Source: an uncultured Selenomonadaceae bacterium
GTDB lineage: Bacteria > Bacillota > Negativicutes > Selenomonadales > Selenomonadaceae
Reading direction: 5' to 3'
Length of the DNA stretch: 36,448 bases
Assembly (NCBI GenBank): GCA_905236325.1
Contig: CAJOPJ010000230.1
Span: forward strand, 1-36,448
Part shown: in pieces, positions 25,688 through 33,196 of the stretch
How positions within the stretch are numbered: the stretch's first letter is position 1
Layout: the number at the start of each line of letters is the position of its first letter
Notes under the pieces: generated by a model
Told to the model about the DNA's origin: nothing
The model's input: the letters and a program-made list of their open reading frames with translations, nothing else
The model's database searches: none
Position numbers and translations under genes: made by a program

Positions 25688-26836
25688 ATGGAACTTCGCA
25701 AGGGACAAAAAGTTCAGCTGAATGAAAATTTGCTGACAGTTCGGTTTGAAAGAAATTCCGGCGCAGTTGAAATTGACACGGCGGCTTTCTTGCAAACTGC
25801 AAGCCCAACAGTTGCTGAGGAAGATTTTATTTTTTATGGCAATGCCATCCACAATTCCGGCGGCGTAATCCACAATGCTGACGACTCAATCTCAATCGAC
25901 CTGTCAAAAATTCCTAAACACATTGAAAAAATTTCTTTCACTGCGACAATTTATGACGCGGCAGTCCGCAAACAAAATTTCAGCAAAATCAGCGGCGCGT
26001 CGCTAAAAATTATCAACCGGCAAGGCGTTAATCTTTACAATTTTGCGCTGGAAAGTTTCACTTCGGAAACTGCGATTGTACTTGGCGAAATTTATCGCTA
26101 CAAAGACAGTTGGAAGTTCAACGCAGTCGGCGCAGGTTTTTATGGCGGCTTAGCTGCACTTTGCAAAAATTTTGGCATTGAAGTTACCGAAGAAATGTCG
26201 GCTCCATCGCAACCAACTCCGCCACCAAAAATTATAATTCCGCCGCCAACTAAAATTGAACTTCAAAAAGGACAAAAAATCAATATCAAAAAAAAGTCCG
26301 CCAATCTTGGCGAAATTTTAATCAATTTAAATTGGGCACAGCCAACTAAATCAGGCGTTCTTGGCAGATTTAAAAATTCTATCGACTTGGATTTAGCTTG
26401 CCTTTATGAACTTAAAGACGGCGAAATCGGCGCAATTCAAGCACTTGGAAATTATTTTGGCGATTTAAATTATCCACCCTACATTGCGCTTGACGGCGAC
26501 GACAGAACAGGTTCTGTTGCAGGCGGCGAAAATTTGCGCATAAATGGCAAATACATAGATAAAATCAGTCGCATTTTGATTTTTACTTTTATTTATTCCG
26601 GCGCGGCAAATTGGCAACAAGCTAAAGGCGTTGTCACAGTAAAATGTCCCGGCAATCCTGACTTGATTGTGCGTATGGATGAGTACGGCTTTGACTTGCC
26701 AACTTGCGCAATTGCTTTGCTTGAAAATATCGGCGAAACATTTTGTGTTGAAAAAATTGTCAATTTCTATTATGATTCTAAACAGATGGACGAAGACTTC
26801 GACTGGGGTCTTACTTGGACTCGCGGAAGTAAATAA
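25688..26836 (+). CDS. TerA-like protein with two TerD-family domains joined by a Pro-rich linker
   Basis: The N-domain is of the degenerate type (FIFYGNAIHNSGGVIHNADDSISIDL...YKDSWKFNAVGAGFYGGLAALCKNFG). The linker is PSQPTPPPKIIIPPPTK. The C-domain is of the TerA type (LQKGQKINI, DLDLACLYELKDG, LDGDDRTGSVAGGENL, CAIALLEN). Confidence 0.75.
   Translation: MELRKGQKVQLNENLLTVRFERNSGAVEIDTAAFLQTASPTVAEEDFIFYGNAIHNSGGVIHNADDSISIDLSKIPKHIEKISFTATIYDAAVRKQNFSKISGASLKIINRQGVNLYNFALESFTSETAIVLGEIYRYKDSWKFNAVGAGFYGGLAALCKNFGIEVTEEMSAPSQPTPPPKIIIPPPTKIELQKGQKINIKKKSANLGEILINLNWAQPTKSGVLGRFKNSIDLDLACLYELKDGEIGAIQALGNYFGDLNYPPYIALDGDDRTGSVAGGENLRINGKYIDKISRILIFTFIYSGAANWQQAKGVVTVKCPGNPDLIVRMDEYGFDLPTCAIALLENIGETFCVEKIVNFYYDSKQMDEDFDWGLTWTRGSK
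25850..25915 (+). repeat. Copy 2 of the 66-nt near-identical block
   Basis: See copy 1. It encodes the identical peptide HNSGGVIHNADDSISIDLSKIP. Confidence 0.9.
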
Positions 26837-26857
26837 ATTGTTAGGAGGAATTTTAAA

Positions 26858-27436
26858 ATGGCAATCAGTTTGAAAAAAGGTCAGAAAGTTGATTTAACAA
26901 AAGGCAATCCAAGTTTGACAAAAATTTTAGTCGGACTTGGTTGGGATACCAATAAGTACGACGGCGGCTTTGACTTCGACTTGGACGCTGCGGCTTTTTG
27001 CTTGAACTCAACAGGCAAAGTCAACAAGGACGAAGATTTTGTTTTTTATAACAACCTCAAGCACGAAAGCGGCGCAGTCGAACACATGGGCGACAACTTA
27101 ACCGGCGAAGGCGAAGGTGACGATGAAGAAATCAAAATCGACTTGCCTAAAGTTCCTGCCAACATTGAAAAAATCGACTTCACTGTCACAATTTATGACG
27201 CAGAAGCACGCAAGCAAACTTTCGGTCAAGTTTCTAACGCTTACATTCGCGTTGTGGACGATTCAACAGGCAAAGAACTTATCCGCTACGATCTTGGCGA
27301 AGATTTTTCAGTCGAAACTGCAGTTGTTGTCGGCGAACTTTATCGGCATAACGGCGAATGGAAATTTAACGCTATTGGTTCAGGTTTCAGCGGCGGCTTA
27401 GCTGCTCTCGGCAGAAATTTTGGAGTTAATGTCTAA
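26858..27436 (+). CDS. terD: Canonical TerD-family stress protein
   Basis: It reads [63 protein letters not shown] and [21 protein letters not shown], which is close to the textbook TerD/TerE/YceD pattern. The SD is AGGAGG. Confidence 0.92.
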   Translation: MAISLKKGQKVDLTKGNPSLTKILVGLGWDTNKYDGGFDFDLDAAAFCLNSTGKVNKDEDFVFYNNLKHESGAVEHMGDNLTGEGEGDDEEIKIDLPKVPANIEKIDFTVTIYDAEARKQTFGQVSNAYIRVVDDSTGKELIRYDLGEDFSVETAVVVGELYRHNGEWKFNAIGSGFSGGLAALGRNFGVNV

Positions 27437-27774
27437 TGCATGAAGCATCTTTGGCTGAAAGTATAATAAAAATTGCACTCGACACGGCTGAAAAAAATTC
27501 TGCAAAAAAAATAACAGCTGTCGGCTTAAAGTTAGGTGAAATGGCTGGCGTTGAAGTCGAGGCGTTGAATTTAAGTTTTAATGTTTTAAAACAAAAAACA
27601 CCGGCGCAGGACGCGGAATTAAAAATAAATCGCGTCCCAATCCGCGCCACTTGCAACAAGTGCGGTAAAACTTTTGAAGTTCCGCACTATAATTTTTTTT
27701 GCCCTGAATGTGACGGAATTTTAATTTTGCAAAGTGGACGCGAACTTCTGGTTGAATTTGTTGACTGCGAATGA
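27436..27774 (+). CDS. hypA: HypA-type Ni/Zn metallochaperone (hydrogenase maturation factor A family)
   Basis: It has the MHE N-terminal nickel motif ([11 protein letters not shown]) and the zinc ribbon CNKCG...CPECDG, and its length of 112 aa fits. The start shares one nt with the terD stop (TAATG). Confidence 0.85.
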   Translation: MHEASLAESIIKIALDTAEKNSAKKITAVGLKLGEMAGVEVEALNLSFNVLKQKTPAQDAELKINRVPIRATCNKCGKTFEVPHYNFFCPECDGILILQSGRELLVEFVDCE

Positions 27775-27833
27775 TTTATTTTTGACAAGTTCACGCGAAG
27801 TTAAATTTCAAAAATCTTGAGGAGTGAAAATTT

Positions 27834-28685
27834 TTGACAAAATTACAGGCGCACGCAAATAATATCGCCTTGCCGCACGCAATTTTTTCAATGCCATTTG
27901 CGTTTATGGGCGCGTTAATGGCAACTGAAGGCGCGGTTGATTGGTGGATTTTATTTTTAATTACAGTTACAGTGACTGCTGCGCGTTCGGCAGCGTTGGC
28001 GTTGAACAATTTAGCAGACTTGAAATATGACAAACTGCAGCCGCGAATGAGCTATCGTGCAATGGTTCGCGGCGAAATTTCACGCACTGAAGCAATAATT
28101 TTTATCGCGCTGTGTTTTGTAATTTTAATTGTGACAGTCGCGCAGTTACCGCCAATCTGCATTAAACTTTTGCCGATAGCAGCGTTGCCGTTCATAATCT
28201 ACCCATTCACCAAAAGATTTACCGGCTGGTGTCATTTAGTTTTAGGCTTAGCACTTGCAATGGCACCTGCCGGCGCATGGTTAGCCTCCGGCGGCGAACT
28301 TTTTAAGCCGGCACAAATTTTTTTGTCATTGGCTATAATGTTTTGGATTGCAGGTTTTGACGCAATGTATGGCGCACAAGATGAAAAATTTGATAAATCG
28401 CAGAAGTTACATTCTTTAGCTACAGAATTTGGCGCACGCGGCGCATTTAAAATTGCGACTGCTTGGCATGTGATTAGCATAATTTGTTTGCTTATTTGCG
28501 GCGTGATTTTAAATTTGTCGACGATTTATTATATCGGCGTCGGCGTTGCGGCAGGTACTTTGATTTATCAGCACGCGATTGTCAGCTACAATGATTTCAG
28601 CCAAGTTACGCAAACTTACTTCCTGCGCAACGGCATTGTTTCAATCGCGCTTTTGGTTTTTACTTGGCTTAACTACCTTGTATAA
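27834..28685 (+). CDS. UbiA-superfamily aromatic prenyltransferase (4-hydroxybenzoate polyprenyltransferase-like / MqnP-like)
   Basis: The protein is multi-TM and has Asp-rich motifs NNLADLKYD and GFDAMYGAQDEKFD. The start is TTG, after GGAGTG. Confidence 0.75.
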   Translation: MTKLQAHANNIALPHAIFSMPFAFMGALMATEGAVDWWILFLITVTVTAARSAALALNNLADLKYDKLQPRMSYRAMVRGEISRTEAIIFIALCFVILIVTVAQLPPICIKLLPIAALPFIIYPFTKRFTGWCHLVLGLALAMAPAGAWLASGGELFKPAQIFLSLAIMFWIAGFDAMYGAQDEKFDKSQKLHSLATEFGARGAFKIATAWHVISIICLLICGVILNLSTIYYIGVGVAAGTLIYQHAIVSYNDFSQVTQTYFLRNGIVSIALLVFTWLNYLV

Positions 28686-28751
28686 AAAAATTTTTTATGC
28701 TATTATTTTTGCATTGTAATTATAAAAATTATTTTTAGGAGGCTTTATAAA

Positions 28752-30020
28752 ATGGCTGACAAACCTAAAATTGTAATTGTCGGCGGCGGCTTTGGCGGAA
28801 TTAAAATTGCTAAACTTTTCGCCAAAGAAAATGTCGAAGTTACTTTGATTGACAGACATAATTTTCATTTATTCCAGCCGCTTTTGTATCAAGTTTCAAC
28901 TTCAGTGCTTTCGACTGATGAAATTGCTTATCCGATTCGCAGTTTTTTCCGCAAGGCTAAAAATTTCAAGTTGTTTATGGCTAAAGCACGCGGCGTTGAC
29001 CAAGAACGCAATGTTGTTATCACCAATCACGGCGAAATTTCTTACGACTACTTGATTTTGGCGGCGGGCGCAACTACTAACTTTTTCGGTATGAAGGAAG
29101 TTGAAGAGCACGCGTTCGGTATGAAAACAATTCAGGAAGCCTTGCACATTCGCAACCATGTTCTGCATGAATTTGAACGCGCAAGCAAACCTTACCGCAC
29201 GCCGGAAGACCGCAAAAAGCGCATGACTTTTGTAGTTGTCGGCGGCGGACCAACCGGCGTTGAAGAAGCAGGTGCGCTTACCGAATTGATTGAAATTCAG
29301 AAAAAAGAAATTCACGAACTTGATTTTAATGATGTCAGCGTAAAATTGATTGAGGCAACGTCGCGAATTTTGCCGATGATGTCTGAAGATTTACAGCAAA
29401 AAGCAATTCAGGTTTTAAAAGATAAAGGCGTTGAAGTTATGCTCGACACACAGGTTGTCGGCTACGACGGCGATGTTTTGAAACTAAAAAATGGCGTTGA
29501 AATTCCAACCACAACAGTTATCTGGGCAGCCGGCGTTCGCGCTGTTGATATGATGGCAAATTGTGGTGCAGAAACTGCACGTGACGGCAGAGTTTGGGTT
29601 GAAGAAGATTTGCGCTTAAAAAATTCTGTTCATGGCAATGTTTTTGCAATCGGAGACTGCGCGGCTTTTATGCACGGCGATATGCAAAGACCGCTGGCGA
29701 CTGTTGCGCCTGTTGCAACTCAACAAGCAGTTGTCGCGCACAAAAATATTATGAAGTTAATCAAAGGCGATACCAACCTTGAAAAATTTGTCTACAAAGA
29801 CTTAGGCGCAATGGCAACTATTGGACGCGGTCAAGCAGTTGTCAACAGTCCGCACATGACAGGTTTTCTGGCTTGGAGTGCGTGGATGCTTGTTCACTTG
29901 ATTAGACTTGCAGGCGCGCACGCAAACTTCACTGTTGCTATTAAGTGGGCGTGGAACTTCCTTTCCGGTACTCGACTTGGCAGAATTATTACTAACATTG
30001 ATTTGGAAGATAAATATTGA
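28752..30020 (+). CDS. ndh: Type II NADH:quinone oxidoreductase (NDH-2)
   Basis: It has two Rossmann motifs (IVIVGGGFGG and VVVGGGPTGVE), an AIGDCA motif and a C-terminal membrane-anchoring helix region. Confidence 0.88.
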   Translation: MADKPKIVIVGGGFGGIKIAKLFAKENVEVTLIDRHNFHLFQPLLYQVSTSVLSTDEIAYPIRSFFRKAKNFKLFMAKARGVDQERNVVITNHGEISYDYLILAAGATTNFFGMKEVEEHAFGMKTIQEALHIRNHVLHEFERASKPYRTPEDRKKRMTFVVVGGGPTGVEEAGALTELIEIQKKEIHELDFNDVSVKLIEATSRILPMMSEDLQQKAIQVLKDKGVEVMLDTQVVGYDGDVLKLKNGVEIPTTTVIWAAGVRAVDMMANCGAETARDGRVWVEEDLRLKNSVHGNVFAIGDCAAFMHGDMQRPLATVAPVATQQAVVAHKNIMKLIKGDTNLEKFVYKDLGAMATIGRGQAVVNSPHMTGFLAWSAWMLVHLIRLAGAHANFTVAIKWAWNFLSGTRLGRIITNIDLEDKY

Positions 30021-30577
30021 GCAGAAAAAATTTTTTAATATTTGGCACGGCGGGATTATTTTTAATTTGCGCTGTGATTTTTTTGACTTCACTTTACCAA
30101 ACAACACGCGCAGAAATTTTACGCATGCAAACCGAAACGCAACGCTTGGAACTTGAAACAGCAGAATTAAAAAAATATTTTGCAAAAGCCGGCAACGCTG
30201 AAAAATTTTTTGAACTCAATGAAGAAAATTTTATTTCAGTGCGTGAATTTTTGCCGGCGACTTTTGAACAGGAAAAGTTCACTGACTCAATTTATCGCGC
30301 AGCAAACAAAAATAATATTTCAATCAGCGCATTGCAGATTGAAGAACCTTTGCAGTTGGAAGTCAGCGAAAATTTTGCAGGAAATTTTTTCAAACAATCA
30401 ATCAGAGTTCAATTTGCGGCTGAATATGTTCAGCTGTTGAATTTTTTGCGTGAAGTTTTGGACGGCAAAAGATTTGCAACACTTGGAAAAATTTCTATCA
30501 GCGCGGAAGATGAAATTTTAAATTGTGACGCAGAATTTTTTATTTACACAGCAAAGTTGGTGACAAATATTGAATAA
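30017..30577 (+). CDS. PilO / T2SS-M-like bitopic membrane protein (orphan)
   Basis: It has an N-terminal TM helix (FLIFGTAGLFLICAVIFL), a coiled coil and a C-terminal domain patterned like PilO (FLPA....F.D.I...A....I.I..L.I ... IRVQFAAEYVQLLNFLREV...R). The TTG start overlaps the ndh stop (TTGA). Confidence 0.5.
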   Translation: MSRKNFLIFGTAGLFLICAVIFLTSLYQTTRAEILRMQTETQRLELETAELKKYFAKAGNAEKFFELNEENFISVREFLPATFEQEKFTDSIYRAANKNNISISALQIEEPLQLEVSENFAGNFFKQSIRVQFAAEYVQLLNFLREVLDGKRFATLGKISISAEDEILNCDAEFFIYTAKLVTNIE

Positions 30578-31820
30578 TACAGCTGTTATTCATGGAAATT
30601 TTTTATACACGCCTGACAAAGACAATTTTGTTACATTAAAAAATGGCTATATGTATTTGCGCAATGGTCGGATTGAATATCTTGGTAACAAATGTCCAAT
30701 TGAAAATATTCCAGTGCTGAATTATCAAGACAAATTGATTTTGCCGGGATTTTATGATATGCATCTGCATGCGCCGCAATTTAATCAAATTGGTCATGGA
30801 ATGGACGAACAATTGCTTGACTGGCTGAATAAATATACATTTGCCGAAGAAAGTAAATTTGTTTCTGCCTCTTACGCTGAAGAAGTTTACAAAATTTTTG
30901 CAGATGAACTGGTGCGTAATGGAACTGTCGGGACGGCAATTTTTTCCACAATACATTTTGAAAGCACCAACAAATTAGCTGAAAAAATTTTAGCAAAAGG
31001 ACTTCGCGCTTATGTCGGCAAAGTCAACATGGATACAAATTCGGCGACGACATTGACTGAAGATACAAAAATTTCATTGCAGGAAACTGAAAAATTTATA
31101 CAAAAATGGCGGCAAAATAAATTTGTAAAACCAATCATAACGCCGCGATTTGTACCAAGTTGTACACCTGAACTTCTGCAAGGACTTGGCAATTTGGCTG
31201 TCAAGTACAATTTGCCTGTTCAAAGTCATTTGTCTGAAAATATTTCTGAAGTCAACTTGGTAAAGAAACTTTTTCCGCAAGAAAAATATTACCTGGAAGT
31301 TTATGATAAATTTAATCTGTTTGGTGAAACGCCAACTTTAATGGCGCATTGTATACACCTTAGCGACGCAGAAATTTCAAAAATTGCAAAGCGCAATGTT
31401 TATGCTGTTCATTGTCCTGACTCCAATCTCAACTTGAGTAGTGGAATTATGCCTGTCAGGAAAATGCTTAATGCCGGTGTTAAAATTGCGCTGGGAAGTG
31501 ATATTGGCGCAGGTCACAGCTTATTTATTCCGCACGCAATTGTCAGAGCTGTTCAACTTTCAAAACTTGCAAACTTAGCAGACAATTCCTGCACACCACT
31601 GAAACTTTCTGAAATTTTTTATATGGCAACTAAATCCGGCGGAAGTTTTTTTGGAAAATCCGGCAGTTTTGAAATTAATTTTACAGCTGATTTTATTGTG
31701 GTCAATGTGCCTGAAAGTCAAAAAAATAAAAGCCTTGAAGAACAACTGCAAAATTTTATTTATCATGGCAAACCACAGGATATTATAAAAATTTATGTGG
31801 CAGGAAAACCTGTCAACTGA
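30570..31820 (+). CDS. Guanine deaminase-like amidohydrolase
   Basis: LPGFYDMHLHAPQ (HxH), LLDWLNKYTFAEE, YVGKVNMD, ITPRFVPSCT, VQSHLSEN, MAHCIHL, HCPDSN and GSDIGAG are collinear with clostridial-type guanine deaminases. The TTG start overlaps the previous gene by 8 nt. Confidence 0.78.
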   Translation: MNNTAVIHGNFLYTPDKDNFVTLKNGYMYLRNGRIEYLGNKCPIENIPVLNYQDKLILPGFYDMHLHAPQFNQIGHGMDEQLLDWLNKYTFAEESKFVSASYAEEVYKIFADELVRNGTVGTAIFSTIHFESTNKLAEKILAKGLRAYVGKVNMDTNSATTLTEDTKISLQETEKFIQKWRQNKFVKPIITPRFVPSCTPELLQGLGNLAVKYNLPVQSHLSENISEVNLVKKLFPQEKYYLEVYDKFNLFGETPTLMAHCIHLSDAEISKIAKRNVYAVHCPDSNLNLSSGIMPVRKMLNAGVKIALGSDIGAGHSLFIPHAIVRAVQLSKLANLADNSCTPLKLSEIFYMATKSGGSFFGKSGSFEINFTADFIVVNVPESQKNKSLEEQLQNFIYHGKPQDIIKIYVAGKPVN

Positions 31821-31848
31821 TAAATTATTTTTTTGGGAGGAATTTAAA

Positions 31849-32403
31849 TTGGCAAATTTAACTTTAGCACAGGCAAAAGAAATTTTAGCTAAACACACAA
31901 CTGAAGAGCATTTGTTTACGCACGCAGCTGCAGTCAGCGCAGCTATGGAGGCTATGGCTGAATATTTCGGCGAAGACAAAGAACATTGGGCGGCGATTGG
32001 TTACTTGCACGATGTTGATTTTGAAAAATTTCCTGAAGAACATTGCGCTCATGTACGCGAACTTTTGAAACCTGAAGGCGTTTCTGCTGAAGATATTGAT
32101 ACAATTATTTCGCACGGCTATGGCTTGACTGCTTCTGATGTTAAACCAACCACAAATTGCCAAAAATCTTTATTTGCTGTTGATGAACTTACAGGTATCG
32201 TTCACGCCTATTCCTTAATGCGCCCTGAAAAATTCGCAGGTATGAGCGTTAAAAGCCTTAAAAAAAAATTTAAAGACAAAAGATTTGCCGCAAAATGCAA
32301 CCGAGATGTTATCACAAAAGGCGCACAAGATTTAGGAATCGACTTGGGCGAACTTATGGAACTTTGCATTAAGGGCATGGCGGCGCACGCTGAAAATTTT
32401 TAA
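31849..32403 (+). CDS. HD-domain metal-dependent phosphohydrolase
   Basis: It has the H...HD signature (THAAAVSAAMEAM...IGYLHDVD) and ISHGYG. TTG 31849 lies 8 nt after GGGAGG. Confidence 0.75.
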   Translation: MANLTLAQAKEILAKHTTEEHLFTHAAAVSAAMEAMAEYFGEDKEHWAAIGYLHDVDFEKFPEEHCAHVRELLKPEGVSAEDIDTIISHGYGLTASDVKPTTNCQKSLFAVDELTGIVHAYSLMRPEKFAGMSVKSLKKKFKDKRFAAKCNRDVITKGAQDLGIDLGELMELCIKGMAAHAENF

Positions 32404-32491
32404 TGTAAACTTAATCTTTCATAAATAAATCACATTTAAGGTTTATAATTTGCCACAGATTTTAAAAAATTTGAGGGATGTGTTGTTATTT

Positions 32492-33166
32492 ATGAAGTTT
32501 TTTCGCACTGTTTCTATTGCAACTATGTTAATGTTAAGTTCGTCGATTAGTTTTGCGTCAGGTGAAATTGTAATGGGAGATCAAGGCGCAGAAATTGCAG
32601 AAGTACAACAACAGCTTGTTCAACGCGGCTATGATGTTATGGCGGACGGCGATTTCGGTCCTGCAACTGTTGACGCAATTAGGTCTTTTCAAGAAACTCA
32701 AGGAATTGAAGCCGACGGAATGATTGATTCCACAACTTTTAAGCTTTTAATTGGTCGCGATATGCCTGAAATTACTCACGGCGCAAATTATATCGGTCGC
32801 AGAATAGTAAACACTGCACATCAATATCTTGGTGTGCCTTATGTTTTTGGTGGAAATAGTCCGCGTACAGGTTTGGATTGTTCGGCTTATGTAAAGCTGG
32901 TTTATTCACAGGTCGGAATTGAACTTCCACGCACTGCTGATGCACAATACACGCGTGGAACTCCGGTTTCAGTTACTGACTTAATTCCAGGCGACGCTGT
33001 ATTTTTCCAAACTTATGCACCCGGCGCATCGCATGTAGGAATTTATATTGGCGACGGCAACTTCATTCACGCAAGTTCAAGTCGTGGCGTGACTGTTTCT
33101 TCGCTCAGCGCAGCTTACTACAGTTCACATTATCTCGGCGCACGCAGAATGATTAATCAACATTAA
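32492..33166 (+). CDS. Secreted NlpC/P60 (C40) peptidase with a PG_binding_1 domain
   Basis: It has a signal peptide, then a peptidoglycan-binding repeat (GDQGAEIAEVQQQLVQRGYDV.ADGDFGPATVDAIRSFQ). The catalytic residues lie in GLDCSAYV and HVGIYIG...IHAS. The start could also be TTG 32483. Confidence 0.88.
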   Translation: MKFFRTVSIATMLMLSSSISFASGEIVMGDQGAEIAEVQQQLVQRGYDVMADGDFGPATVDAIRSFQETQGIEADGMIDSTTFKLLIGRDMPEITHGANYIGRRIVNTAHQYLGVPYVFGGNSPRTGLDCSAYVKLVYSQVGIELPRTADAQYTRGTPVSVTDLIPGDAVFFQTYAPGASHVGIYIGDGNFIHASSSRGVTVSSLSAAYYSSHYLGARRMINQH

Positions 33167-33196
33167 AAAAAGAACCTCCGCTTTGGAGGTTTTTTT
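33165..33196. terminator. Bidirectional intrinsic terminator (NlpC/P60 / aroC)
   Basis: The layout is A7-G-AACCTCC-gcttt-GGAGGTT-T6, and it abuts both stop codons. Confidence 0.85.

Noticed and set aside
27775-27833. I considered an independent promoter for the UbiA-type gene (a TTGACA at 27783-27788).
   Set aside because: No acceptable -10 hexamer lies at 16-18 nt spacing, so the gene may be co-transcribed with the upstream Ter-like operon.
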